A stretch of 55,943 nt of DNA, filler included, from Porpidia crustulata (taxonomy: Eukaryota), in the NCBI GenBank assembly GCA_964255105.1. It is 3 parts of 3 records of this genome, joined end to end, with 100 filler letters (N's around TTAATTAATTAA, not from the genome) between each part and the next. Parts side by side here need not be neighbours in the genome. Positions count along the whole stretch, not along the records: positions 1 to 18,584 come from CAXUWE010000172.1; 2 more parts are not named here. One strand, given 5' to 3'. Positions within the stretch are counted from its first letter, which is position 1, and each line of letters opens with the position of its first letter. Under the pieces are notes generated by a model. The model saw only the letters and a list, made by a program, of their open reading frames with translations, was not told the DNA's origin and did no database searches. Positions 1 through 13,004 of the stretch are shown here, piece by piece. The translations under genes and the position numbers were made by a program.

Positions 1-874
1 GGATTATCCCTTGTAGGCGAGGAATCGAGGAGTGTCGGTTATACTGGTATATAGAAGCTCTTCTTCGTGGGGTGTGGCCGGCGATGGACTTGACACCGGT
101 GGCTATGATTTCGATGATGAATTTTGGAGCAAGGGATATATACGATGGTGGTAATATAATATACATAAAAACCAAGCGTGATTGGTAAAAAAAGATATGG
201 TATATACAAAAAACAAACATGAGCAAGAAAAGAATCTCGATAGGTTTCTCCTTGTGCGTGCCGACGGCTATCGTGGCAATTCGCTGTTGAGGCGGTCTGT
301 TTGCTTTCGTCGCGCGGTTGGATCTGACACTATGGGGATCGGAGAGAGTTCGGTCTCCGAGCGAGCGTTGCGGGTATCTATGGGTGTTGCGCTGCTGGAT
401 CGGGAGGCGGACATGTGGCTTTAAGAGCCATGACAAGATGAATTTTGTGACGACAGTCATCTCCACACTTTCTGTTGAGAAGCCCTTGTAGTGGTAGCAA
501 CCACGACTGGTGGTGCATGTCGAAGGTTCGCCAGGCTTTGCTGTCTGGTCGTCGTAATCGTGTACCGCGATCGTTCCGCGACTATGCGAAAGGCTGACTG
601 CGTCAAGACTTTTTGCTTGGATGGTGCCGCAGTGGCCTGGCTAAATGGTCGATAGGTTTGTTGTACGTAAATGGCTCCTGTATTCAAGGACTGGTAAGTG
701 ACATAGGCTTAAGTGCCTGTCTTGGCCGGTCTGAGCTCCGAGCACGAGTCGAGTTCGCTTAGGAAGTCGACGATATTGGCCTTTCAATTGGCCGGAATCA
801 CCTTCTTTCAACAGCGGATGCGGTTGGTTCGCTGTCACGTGAACGATTGCGAGGATTCGCTTGTCTCTTCTTGC

Positions 875-2273
875 TCACACCTCTCCATCCCTTGCAAGCT
901 CCCTCGTACTATCGCTCATACTTCCCTTCGATCTCCTCCGACTCTTGTCTCCGATAATCTCAATCCTCGGAACCGACTTGCCTCTTGACGGCATCCTCGC
1001 GGCACCATTGAATAGCATCTTGACAGCCGCCCACGATGTCGTAATGTATATGACTGCGTTCCAAAATCCCATAAGTGGAAGCACAACACTCGAGGCGTAG
1101 GTGAACGGGACCGAGACAAGCGAGGGGTAGATGAGGGAGTATACTCTATTGATAGAAGAAGGGACCCATGTGATGAGAAGGGAGGCAAAAAATAGTAAGG
1201 CAACTTTGGTATATCCCCAAGCTGCGGCGTTGGCATCCATGGCTGGGTTCTTGTGCCTATATTGCAGTGATGGCGTAGGAGGTCCATCGATGCCAGGACT
1301 CATCGGTGCAGACGCAATAGTGACGCTGTACTGATCATAACCATGGCTCGTCGTTGGCCGTCCAGCGGAATCCATCTGGGCCATAATATCGGAACCTCCT
1401 GGAGGTTTGACAGGTGCCAGCTCGCTGGTGATATGAATTTCGGTGGTTTTGAAGCTTGTGAAAGGGTTCTCAATCTCATAGGGGATTTTCGAAGTATTGC
1501 CGAAAGCTCTGAGTTGTTTTCGTTTGGAAAAGATTTCTCTGCCGGCCATGGCGTAGATGACAAAGGAGACGATGATGCAGATCCTGGGGATGGGGTCAGA
1601 ATGGTGATTGGTGGGGAAATTGGGGGGGCTTACCATGCTGGTGCGTAAAGCAAGGCGACACGTAGAGCAATCCATTTGAGGGATATCCAGCACCACAGCT
1701 AATGCATGAATTAGTAAATTGGAACGAAGTGAAATCTGAACCTTGAGAATCACCGTAGCTGGCCCATATATTCGACCTCTCTCTGGAGTATTGATGAAAA
1801 GATAGACAAATGCTACAAAAAGCGGTACGCCGTAGCACAAGATATGATATCTCCATTCCAATGCTTTGAGTTGCTCGGCGTTATATTTCTTGAACAAAGT
1901 CAGGTAAACGTTTATGGCCATGGCCAAGTTCCAAAGCGCGTCAGCAGGTAAGAACCTACGGCTCAATATTAGCAAGGTGTCGATTAAGACAAAGCGCGTC
2001 GAACTCTTACAGCTGGATCAAGAAACCCTGAAACTGGCATAGATGCGAATCCGGACCGGCTCTGATGCCCGACTGTGACATCAAAGTTGCCACATTACAA
2101 AGAGTATTTCCCCATGATGCGTAGAATATCATCCGGTTGATAGGCTTTCGGAATAGAGGAGAGTACACAAAAGTAAATAGAATGAAACTTGTCCCGACTA
2201 GCGAGAAGACAGATGCAATTCGTTCCGTCAGCTCCAAAGACGCCAGCTGAGAAGGCTTTAAGTGCGTTGTCAT
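875..2273 (-). CDS. cAMP-receptor-like (Dicty_CAR-like, fungal class V) 7TM G-protein-coupled receptor
   Basis: Splicing three GT-AG introns (2010-1956, 1753-1699, 1633-1584) joins the ORF pieces in frame: ERIASVFSLVG...FRKPINRMIFYASWGN...CQFQGFLIQLFLPADALW...IYGPAT|LWCWI...APAW|ICIIVSF...AAWGYTKVALLFFASLLITWVPSSINRVYS...VLPLMGFWNAVIYI. These motifs are typical of fungal cAMP-receptor-like GPCRs. Stop TGA at 875-877. Confidence 0.88.
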
Positions 2274-4159
2274 GATGAGAAAATTACTTGGGGTTTCTGA
2301 GTGAGACTTGTGGGTTGATCAAGAAAGGAACGCAGCAGACAAAGCAATCCCATAAGGAAACGAAGTCCACGATGCAAAACTTTGTGACAATAGAGAGTGA
2401 ACACACTGCGACAATAAGGCACAGATCGAATCACGAGAACATCAGCCGATCTGCCAAGAGATATAATGGATGACCGAGGCAATTACGAGCGACTCAGCTG
2501 GGCCGCATGTTTCGGAACGGCTAGACACGTTGTGTAAAAAGACCGAACCCACAACGGATCAACCGCCAGAAGCAGACAACATGGTGGCTTCAGACGAGCG
2601 AATTACGGCGTGGTTACCGGGTCCCCTTGCTGATGGTTACATAGGAGAACTGTCAGCCCAATGCTAGAACCACACCAACGCTGACCATCCCGCGGGCTGG
2701 CAAGGTTCATTGTTAAGGACAAGGGATGAAATTCAGCTCAAACCCTGCAAATGGCGTGATGATAACTGCATACGGATGAAAGAGATATAAGCCGATCAAA
2801 ATTATCCTGCAGTGTGATCCGAAACAAAGCTGAACGTCGACAATCTCATGTAAGGTATACCACATTCGCCTTGTGAGGCAGGGAGCATGGCATGGTGGAG
2901 TGGATCTAGGGCTGATATATGTCCTTGCAATGTACAGTGGAGCATATGCACGGTGAATGCAACATGTAATCGTCGGAACGTCGATGAGAGGACGGGGAAC
3001 AGTAAAGTGCACGGCAGAATGAATTGGCGGGTGGGGAAAATGATGAAGATGGTGTCCCCGTGTTACAGCTGACTCAAATGGGTGAAAGATTTGCGGTGCC
3101 CAAGTAGGAAAAGGTCGGTTGCGGGATCGATTGCACCGAAACCGACGAATAATGTCAGGGGACAAGCGAGTTGCATTAAAGTCTGTAAGTCTGGGCTTCT
3201 GAGCTGGTCGAGCTGGTCCGTGCCCCTTAGTAATCTACTAGTCATGTAGAGCGAGTGGTACGGTACCTTAGAACACGTGGAAGATGCTGGCGCTAGCGTC
3301 AGGAACAAATCTTCGGAGACTCACCGAGATCTGTAAAGTCCTAATCGGGAAGGTAAGATGGCATGGTCGGAAAGGCATTGGCTCAGAAGCCGTCAACCCA
3401 GGTATTCGTGAAATTGCCATAATCACATCTTTTGCTCATGGCGTTTCTAGCTATCGAAAGCCATCGTCCACGAGGCTCCTGAGCGTACAACCAGGACATC
3501 TCCGTGCCTGGTGTGGGGCATATCAGACTAGCACCATGTCGCTAAAGACGGGAACGAGATAGCACCGTCGGATCCAAACAAGCCAAACAGTGGTGTGCAG
3601 GAACGACTTTCCCCACGAGCGGTTAGGTTGTCGAGACTCTAGAGCACTTACTATTAGGCAGGGGCACGGTCATGGCCGAGATGTCGGCCATACTAACGCT
3701 GGCCTGAGCAAGAAACACGGACATCGACCTGCCTGGGAGGGGCAGGTGGGCATTAGTAAAGATCATCAGAAGTAGTGCCTATACTTGTACCGATCCCAAT
3801 GGCGCCATGGAAAGCAATCAAATCACTACTTGCGAGGAGCTGAGACCATACATGGAGGACTCTCATAGCTTTGGCAGATTCCCTCATGAAATTCCGATCC
3901 GGGTTATGAGAGTCCAATCCTAGTGATTTTAGTCAAGCCACCCCCATGAATATGTATGCTAAGCTTAGTCGTGCCAAGCTTCGACCTACCACCCCGAATC
4001 GCACACATAGAATTCTGTAATTTCGTATGAGATCGATTGATGACTAGATCAGCCCGATAGAACGACATGGCTTGTTTGGTGGCCGCCTACTGCACGTAAT
4101 CACGGTAATGCTGCCCCGGTTCTGTTCGCTGTACCCTGCCCTTACTCACAGTTGCCTTT

Positions 4160-5114
4160 TCACCCTTTCAGTAAGGAGAGGGATGTCCGAATTTGATGCT
4201 GCTTTTTCATCTTCTTCAACTTATGGTCATCGGCCTTTTTGAAGAAGATACTGCCATCGTAAATACCGCGGATGTCCTCCTTACGCATCACTCCGTCCGC
4301 CGGCCAGATCAAGAGATAGGTCGCTAACCCTGTCCGAAGTCAGCTCAATTTTCACCCAGGCCGAAACGAATGGTTGCTTGTGAAGCCTCACATTCGAGGA
4401 CCGATGCACCCCACCCGAAGAAGTCAAAGATCAGGCGCTGGCCCTTCCAGAAATCTAGAAGGTCCGAAAAGTCCAGGCCCCCTTTGTTACCTTTGTCGTA
4501 CTTGGCGAAGATATCTTCAAAGTTCTGTGGCCTGAAGCGACCCTCGTTGTCATATGTCATGCTATCGCTCCCATGCTTGTCCTTGTAGAGACGGGCGGTA
4601 TAGATACGAAAGAACGGATCAGGTAGAAGGCCGGGAATCGTAGGGTATGAAAGATTGAAATTGATAAGGAAAGCAACAACGAGAGAGAGCGGAATGCTCC
4701 AACCAAAGCCACGGCAGCCTGTGTACGTATCTTGAGGCCAGATAATACCATCATGATCTTGGTCCCAATAGTCTACATGTTGAATGATAACCTATAGACT
4801 TCTTAGCATTTATCTCATGGGTATGGAATCAACGAGATCAATACAGTTTGATGCTGATGATCCTTTGCATAGTTGCCTTCCACGGTCCCCTCTGGACTCT
4901 CCTTCGATGCAGCGATGGTTGCTCTGGCCACGCCAGCCTTGATCAAATGATCACCATCTTGGGGAACGTACGGCTTCCGTAATTGAGTGATAGGCTGCTC
5001 TATGATAGTAGTCTTCAAAGGCTCTTGAGGTGCTGTGGTACTGATAGTATGTCCGAGGGCACTGCTACCTTTGTTATTCAAGTCACCAATAGATGTATTG
5101 GAACTATCGTCCAT
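4160..5114 (-). CDS. Caleosin / peroxygenase (lipid-droplet EF-hand heme protein)
   Basis: Introns 4844-4792 and 4391-4330. Spliced protein has TVIIQHVDYWDQDHDGIIWPQDTY (catalytic His plus EF-hand), proline knot SYPTIPGLLPDPFFRIY, KHGSDS, GRFRPQNFEDIFAKYD and EWLATYLL...KEDIRGIYDGSIF. Confidence 0.92.
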
Positions 5115-5745
5115 GCTTGTGTAGAACTTGTTGTTGCTCGGTGCGGCTGTTCTGCACGATACTCACTCTGTGGAGAATAGAGGGGAAAAGACCCTCTAAT
5201 GAACATTTCTTGTGTGTCACATGTGAATACGTGTAGAATCTCATTGCACCAGGGAATAAAGAACGTCATGTGGAGATACATTGACAGGTGATTCACGGCG
5301 CTCTTCCTCGGTAGGGCTGAAATTCCTAGTCAAGCTGAATAGGATGTGAGAACTATCAAAGGCTCTGCAAGCACGCAAGCAATTTTATCTTCCAGTGCAT
5401 CAGCAGCCGCAGAAAATCATTGTCGTGGATACCCCCGTTGATTTGAAGGAGATGCACCTAGCTAACATGTAATGGACTTCTATGCATGAAATTTATGCTG
5501 TCATACAGGGCTTTGCAAGTGCCAAATAGTGGAGAATATCAGCGATATTAAATACTCCTGCTCTCAGACCTTAAGGAATCCTTCTCCAGAACGACTGTTC
5601 TCTAACCATGCGTGAAATGATCCTTCGCCCACCCCGACTACCCTCTTAGTCCAGTCTTGCGGGTACCTCAGCTGTGACTAATACCGTGCTTCACTAGAGA
5701 TCTTGGATCTAGTATTTAATACTGCTACTGACTAGGCTCGTGGGT

Positions 5746-6911
5746 TCAAGCTGTGCCAGCACCAAAGAAGTGATCCAGGCCGTGCATGCCTTGAGCTTCG
5801 AGATCCCCATACATCGTATCGGTGCGGGAGGGGCTGGGAGGGATGTGGCTCCCAAACCTCGTGTTTGTAGTGTATGTTGGGCTCAACGTTTCGTTTGAGT
5901 TAAGCCCTGCTAAAATAGGTCCCTGGCTGGTAGAATTCGAATCGGGACGTCCAAAAAATCTATTATGACGTTGTACTCCTCGGCCTTCCTTCGGGACTAG
6001 ATTAGTTGAAGCCCACAACGAGGACAAGGGCAGGAAGATGGTGACCAGGGTGAGAACATTGGAGCTCATAGCCGGGAGATTTGTGCAATATTGCAGAATT
6101 GAAAATATGGCTGGGTTATTGTTAGTATGACTAGAGGGCATTGAATGTAGCCATACGTACCTGGAATAAATAGAGTCTGACAACCCATAATGAATATAAT
6201 CCTCATTGGACCGAATTGGTCGACCCCTAGCTTTCGTCGCTGGTACAATGCAAAACCGAGTTTGGCGATAAATACGACGCAGACACAGCAAATGGCGAGG
6301 GTGAAAGAGATGTTCGCGGCACTGCTCAGCCGAGCAAGGTCAAGTTCGTAGGCAGTTGTGAGTATAGCCCTGATATTTGCAATGCAGAGGGCTAGACGGA
6401 AGCCGAAAGCGACCAATGCAATCAAAACCATCAATATTGTAAGGGCGTCGCGGTAGATGCTGCGGAGAGTAACGCAGACAACACGCATCTGGATTATCAA
6501 GGAGATCTCGATGCAAGCATAGAGGATAACGTCAATAATGGTACTAGCAACCGATGTAGCGTAGTCCCCCTGCGTAACTTTGGAGTAGTCTCGAGCAAAA
6601 ACTGAATATACTTCGACCCAGTTTCCCGTAAAAAAGACAGCGGAGGTAGCCATCCGAATGACGTTGAGGGTAAGAGCTAGGACATTGAAGATGTACATTG
6701 GGGATTTGCGCCTATCAGTCTTGGTGAGTAGGACGATGACGACCAGGAGGATAAGAGAAGCTCCGAGCTGTGCTGCGTAGTTGATGCAGATCTTGACATT
6801 GTAGTAGATGAAGTCATTCAGCTGAGGGATAGAAACGTTGAAAGGAGTCCCATCAGTCGTGAGCAGGGTAAAGGATTGCGCAAAAGGATCGAACAGAGTG
6901 GAATTCTCCAT
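5746..6911 (-). CDS. STE2: Ste2-type (alpha-factor class) mating pheromone receptor
   Basis: Starts MENSTLFDPFAQSFTL at 6911. One 50-nt intron (6160-6111) gives QFGPMRIIFIMGCQTLFIP|AIFSILQY...TLVTIFLPLSSLWAS. INYAAQLGAS and LPLSSxWA are diagnostic Ste2/PRE-2 motifs; seven hydrophobic segments. Confidence 0.93.
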
Positions 6912-7137
6912 GTTAGCTCTTTCTGAGGGTCGATTGGGAGCTCGAGATGATAATAAATTGAAGCCTAGCTGAGTAGCTTGATAGCTGGTACCAAAGGAAT
7001 TTATCAAGAGACGAAGTTGATCTGATGATGCCGTCTTCTTAGAGTCGAATTGAGGTATGAAGGCATAGGTTGAAGGAAGCAAAGGTATGAAAGTAGATCG
7101 GAAGGATTAAGTAGGCAGGTCGCTATGGATGGTTCGT

Positions 7138-7690
7138 ATTGTCTTGCCCTGGGAGATGAATCGGAAGATGTCTCCTTGGATAATAATCGGAAGCCTGCGT
7201 ATGCAGGCAGCCCTGATGTTTTGGAAGATTCACGAACAATACGAGTCTTAAAGGCAGGATCCAATGTGAAGTAGTTGAGAGTATTTTCATCTTGCTATTG
7301 TTCAGACCATCATAATGGCGGCAGGACCTAAGAGAGAAAGCAATCCTCCAACCCAATTCTAGCCAGGAGAGTGAATCAGTGAAAGTTAAGAAAGATCATA
7401 ATGCTATAGCCGAAGAGGAGTCTACAATTGCTATAGGTAGAGAGACCACGTAGGTATGCCTAAATCGGGTAATGAGGTACAAAAGCAAGACAATACGAAA
7501 AGCTGGGTAGTCAAAGGGACTTCCTTAGTATTGTTATCGACACGTGCCACCTCATCTGAATGTTACCTGATAAGTTATCGAGAAACCATTCGGCTTACTT
7601 AAGGTAAGTCAGATGATACTTGCCTCCCGTACTTCGGTAAGGAGCACAATTAGACTTGATAAATTGAAGCTTTCCGAATATAGCCGTATT
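7138..7690. promoter_or_regulatory. Putative HMG-box (ACAAT/ATTGT) and Mcm1-like site cluster upstream of STE2
   Basis: ACAAT or ATTGT at 7138, 7236, 7297, 7424, 7490, 7530 and 7646. CC-N6-GG box ATGCCTAAATCGGGTA near 7456-7471, plus near matches TTACCTGATAAGTTAT (~7563) and TCCCGTACTTCGGTAA (~7625). Function is inferred only. Confidence 0.35.
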
Positions 7691-8111
7691 AGATCTGAAG
7701 AGTAAAATTGGAGTTGGCTTGCTGATGAAGCAAGAACGGAAGAGAAGCTACACATAGATCACCCCGACATCGCGATCGTTGATCTGATTCTTCACTTTGA
7801 GGCAGATGAGATGGAATACTTACGTACATTATTTGTTTTGAGGGTGGGAGGGTAAGAATTGAGTTAACTTCCTACCTCTATCACTCGCACATTGGCGCAC
7901 TAGGGTGATACTAGTCATGTGATGACGCGCCGTAATTTTAAGTTTTAGAACGCACAACGTGACAGTTTATGACATCATAACATCATACACGCACAACGGA
8001 AACTCGAAAGATCGGACGTGACAAATGGATACAATCTACAAACCTTCTTAGCCATGAGTGCGAATAGCATTGGCCATTCTCTTCCATATACTGATCATTG
8101 GTCTACTCAGC

Positions 8112-10035
8112 ATGCCTGGCGAAGGGATCTACCTCACACAACATTTTCAAACGCAAGCACCTGCGAGCCATTTTCTTGAAGTAAGCCAGCAGTCGAGCGT
8201 TACAAAATACTATCTTTCTCTCTCGTCGAGCAAAGGTTTGAGCGATCTCGATGACCATATCAGAATAAACGGCCATGGTCTCATGGAAAACGGCAGCTGC
8301 GCAGCCGTACTGCGTAAATACTCCCTATTCCCAGATCTCAATGGAGGACAATATCGTGCCCTAGTCTAGTAATTGCCTTGCCGATGATCAGCATATGAAG
8401 ATCCACAAGCTCTGGTTTCTCTACGTTAAATTAGACTAATCTGGTATCTTTCGTTCAGATATTTCTCCAAATACGGTAGCTCTCGAGGCGCTAGTGGGTT
8501 GCGTCAAGATCAGATCGCCAGGATGGGGACCTTCCGACCTGGACGATCAAGAATTGAGCATCAGCCCGTCTACTCAGGAAACAAAATTCTTGACTCCGCT
8601 CCGTCCAGATGACGTGTTTCTGATTGCGAGCAAGACGCTCAGCGTGGAGGTCCGGCACCCAGGGCATTTAGCAAAATACGCGGAAGTCCAAGTCACCTCT
8701 TCCACTGCTTCTGGACATGACATCGATATGGCACAGAATATAGTTGATCTCGAAGATAGGCCGATTAATGGGTCCCTTGACCGTGACCTCTATCAGGCCA
8801 ATCTGCCGAGCACAACCATCATATCAGACCATCGACCGTCAACGCCTCCGAAGCCCTACCACCGTCCTCTGGCTGTACTTGAAACTCCAACAGCGGATCG
8901 TACACGCCAAGTAATGACCGACCCTGTCGCGATTATGAGTAGTATTGACGGGAGCGGCACGAAAAATCTACCAGGTGTGGACGCCGAGACCGCCGAACGA
9001 CGGACAGTCGAGCCCGCTACCATTATAAAGCACAATGAGGATCATGTGGGCCAAGTGACCATCAACACTCCACATGCTATTGATTGCCAGTCTGCTAGCA
9101 CGACTGAAGAAGACTCCGATGATTCCGCGCCCATACCACAACCAGAAACCTCAGTAAGGAATATGGACCCAAACCAGGATAGTATGAGGAGCACCGTACA
9201 GGTAGAAATTCCGATTACGAAAAAGCCTCCGTCAGAAAAAGCACAACTTAGTAGAAAAAGGAAAGCAAAATCATCTCGAAATTCCGCAGAACCAACTTCA
9301 TCCAGCAGAAGCACACGATCAAATCCTAGGGAAGGCTCAACCTCTTCCACTTTTCCACATTCCGACATAAAAATCTTATTTGCCAGCTCTACCTCAAGTG
9401 ACAATTCGCCTCAGTTTGCGAAATTCCTGAAAAAGCAAGGTGTCAAGACCGTAAAATCCGTGACAGAATGCACAGTTCTTTGTGTCGGCAAAGGTGTGGA
9501 GTTGAAGAAGACGAGCAATCTCATTCTAGCGGTTGCATCTGGGAGAGATATCATCACGGATGACTGGATAACTCAAAGCGCTACCAAGGGTGAGATCTTG
9601 GATTTCCAGGACTTTCTCGCGAAAGATCCAAAGAGAGAGGTGGAATGGGGGACGACACTCAGCGAAGCTATTAAACGCGGTCGGCAAGGAACGAAACCGC
9701 TTCTCGGATACACGATCCATTTCACGCTAACAGCTAAACATGAGCTGGGCAAAGGCTTCACAGACCTCAAAGAAATCGCTGTATTCTCCGGTGCCGAGTG
9801 CATCAAGACAGCCGTACCCCGCAAATCCCCCGATGAATCACCTATGACCATGGTCATCGCTGCCAATGATGATAAGGATTTCCCGACGTTGGAGGAGAAG
9901 TCCTGGAAAGCCTTTAGCAAGGAGATAATCACTCTGAGCGTGCTGAGGGGATGTCTCGATCTAGATAGTGATGAGTTTCGACTGAACGGGCCAGTGCATA
10001 AGCAAAGCGGCGTAGGGAAGAAGCGGAAAAGATAA
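8112..10035 (+). CDS. Tandem C-terminal BRCT-domain protein (MDC1/Mdb1-like DNA-damage mediator)
   Basis: Exon 8112-8313 and intron 8314-8458 (GTAAAT...TTCAG) join in frame to ORF 8494-10035. S/T/P-rich linker, then KILFASST...LCVGKG..LKKTSNLILAVASGRDIITDDWI and a second repeat PLLGYTIHFT...SKEIITLSVLRG. C-terminal NLS-like KKRKR. Start codon uncertain. Confidence 0.72.
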
Positions 10036-10378
10036 TGAAGAGTTGTTCAGCCTTGGGCTGGTGTGAAGGAGCATTCTACCGGAGGTTGGCGTTCACTACT
10101 GATTGATACCCTACGGCGCTTTGTTCATGCATTTTACCTCAAAGGGATTCTACTGGCTGATATTGTAAACATTCGTGCTTTATTGAGTCGATGAATTTTC
10201 CATCACAATGCATTCATGTTAGATTATCGAACCATGGCAATCCTGCTTTCAAGTTTGCTCTTTTATTGTTATGATTGCAACAAGCACAATAACATGGACC
10301 ATTATTCATTCTCAAGTCCCAATTTCCATTCATGACTCAAATAGATACCTAATCCATGAATCGGATATTCGATCTAGG

Positions 10379-10855
10379 GACGGTCCTGCCCATGGTTGAG
10401 GGGCCAGGCGGGATTTTGATCCATGGGTGAAACATGTGAATCATGAATTGAATTGAATTGACCTATGATTCTGATTGCAACGAAGTGAATTATTATTGAA
10501 TGTTCTGCGAATAAGTTATCATCTTTTTTTGGAGGGGGGGGGGGGATTATTTTTGGGGTGTCCGAAGTTTTTGCAGCATTGACGATAGGTAGAACCGCTA
10601 TGAAAAGTGGTNNNNNNNNNNCCCCCCCCCCCCCGCCCCCCGCCCCCCCCCCCCCCCCCCCCCCCGTCTGTATGGAGTGTCCGAACTTTGTGCAGCGATG
10701 ACGATAGGGAGAACCGCGATGACAAGTGGGTTTGTTAGTCTGTAAAATCGTCCTTGCGGTTTGATCAAGTCATGAGCGTAAGACATTCTATGGAGGAAAT
10801 ATCTTATCCATGAATAAAACCCCGATTGGGCTCCTCATCCATGGGTGGGGCTGTC
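10379..10855. mobile_element. Possible degenerate MITE/foldback relic bounded by ~48-bp imperfect inverted repeats
   Basis: The reverse complement of 10379-10426 matches 10808-10855 at 33 of 48 positions without gaps. Region is non-coding, has six CCATGG in 10232-10927 and spans a gap. Confidence 0.35.
10531..10731. other. Assembly gap with G/C homopolymers and duplicated low-quality flanks
   Basis: Ns at 10612-10621, poly-G before and poly-C after. The stretch at about 10555-10611 is a noisy copy of about 10675-10731. Confidence 0.8.
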
Positions 10856-11209
10856 TGTGAACAAAATCCCACCTCCATGGATGCCGCAGAAGTATCCACC
10901 AACCATGTGCAAATCCCTATGCCATGGGAGAGTACATTGGAATATTCACAATGACAATAGGATGAGTCAGTCCGAATGATCAGGAGTTGCCGGTTTGCTT
11001 TTTAATTGGTGCAAAATGAATTTATTCCATAAATGGCATTGTTTCGGAGCTGGATTTCTTTTTTGTAAATATATATATATAAGAGACTGGATGCTCACAT
11101 TTTTTTGCTCTCATCATTTCAAACCTGGGGAACATTTTAAGATCTGTACTTTTTCTTATACTTTTTCACGCTATCTTTGATCAGTAAGATCTTGTTCATA
11201 GCTAACAAG

Positions 11210-12179
11210 ATGCAAGGCAATATGATGAAGATCGAGGGTGGCGCTGTGCATTTAAGTTCATTGGTCTAGTGTCCGTTGATATTAGGTACTGATTCGACCG
11301 CAGGCAGATATAAAGGAGGAAGCTTCAGCTCCGGAGACTGTTCTGGGAGGTCCAGCACCAAAACTTACTAGCCTGTCCTTGGAAGTGCTAGAAATAATTA
11401 TAGCCTGTGACTTGAGCCCACGACCCAATGGGTTTATACCAGGTGCCGACTACTCGTTCATGGATGGAGTTTCCCATGCAGGCACACCGCGCAAACCAAC
11501 ACAGCGGCTTGATGGACCTTTGCAAACTGCATCGGGACAAGTATGCCAGCTGTTGAGGTATGCTGTGCAGTATCAGATGTGCCATAACGCTACCTTGAGC
11601 TTCATACACGATGACATGAAAAAGACAGTGGCGGTGTTAGAAAGCCTCTACCGTCCTTGTCGAGACGGTATCAAAGGGATTCACATCACTTACCAACGAG
11701 AATGCCCTGCGGACTTGAAAGCGTTCAAAAGGCTCTGTCAAATATTGAAAGACATGAATTCGCTGAAAGCACTGCGTCTGGAATTGCCCTTCAACGCGAC
11801 CCCCAGGCAGAGCTATACTGTCGCGCCAGAGCCAGGCCTGATTAACATGATCGTCCGGCACAAGGACAACATTCTGAGGCAGCTGGGCCTTGCAAAAAAG
11901 GTCCTTCAAGGTTATGCGTGGAAGAATTCCCGCAGGGCATCCTGGGTGCAAGATCTTCTCACCGTAAATGGAAAGGTCGAGGGAAGTCTTAGTGAGTTCG
12001 AACTCACTACTGGACGAGTACCCCAGCTCCTGCGACTCAAAGACTACCTCGAAAACTACATGTGCGAGGAGAAAGAGATTCGGGATGCTCAGATCCGCCG
12101 GCTCCAGGCGGAGACGTCCTGGTTGAGCATGCTCACTTTTGAGGGGCTGTTGACTACCGTCCGTGAGCTGAGGATGTAA
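11210..12179 (+). CDS. Hypothetical protein, weak F-box-like N-terminus
   Basis: Open exon 11304-12179 follows a branch/acceptor (TACTGAT...CCGCAG). Plausible first exon 11210-11245 with a GTGCAT donor in matching phase. PKLTSLSLEVLEIII resembles an F-box start. No firm family assignment. Confidence 0.5.
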
Positions 12180-13004
12180 TGCCCACCAAGAAGGGGATTT
12201 ATCGGAGTGAGGAGGCGTTGAGGCACTACTGGTGGTTATATAATATAGGCGGGGATATAGAACAATGCGGGAGGAATAGAAAGTTGGAGAGAAAAGATGC
12301 AATTAGGAATAGTATTGGATGGAGGCTTGTAGAGAAAGAGAAGGAATAGCTGCAAATTGGATCCAGAAAAGTAACTTGCAATTTTACTAGTTCTTGGAAT
12401 TACATCTTAGGACAGAAATCGACCTGGTTTTGTACACCATAACACATGCGGTAGACAAATGAAGAGTATCCCGTAGAACAATCATGAAAACATCCTGGCC
12501 AAATGCCCGATCAATAGCCAATCGGAAGACACACAGAAGAGGCGTGATATCGATAACAGCGTTCAGCAGATGCTCTCCATCATACCGAGTCTACAATTTC
12601 CTTGTCATATCTATATCCCTTCAACATCCCCTTCCTATCCCACATCGTTACCCTTTTGCTTCAACTTACTACAAAAAATCTGCTGCTTGATAAATTGCAC
12701 AGTCAGTGACTTACGAGCTAGCTATTATATCGCTTTGGTCGGAGCTCGCTAGGAGGGTGTAGAGGGGAGAAGATGACTCTACTGGGGTTGGTGATGATGA
12801 GCGTTGATGTAGATGAGGATGGGAGGTGAAAACGTGAGGTGAGCGAATGGGGAGTTTAGGATGGAATTCTGGTTGAGGTTAGGGTTAGGTGGCCGCTAGA
12901 GCTAGCGCCCAGGCCTCAACCGAGAAGCCTTCCTCCAAGCCTTTTTTTCCGGAACACTTGGACGAATCCAACGAACTCAATGACTAGGAAACAACGACTG
13001 TCGA

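Noticed and set aside
1..874. Short ORFs or additional 3' exons of the GPCR
   Set aside because: The GPCR already has a stop at 875 and no coherent spliced extension or motif was found.
10519..10786. Poly-Gly ORFs, a G-quadruplex, or a tandem duplication around the gap
   Set aside because: Homopolymer-rich, low-quality contig ends; the duplicate is a noisy copy across the gap.
12877..12889. Telomere-like GGTTAGGGTTAGG
   Set aside because: Only about two units, internal, and expected by chance.
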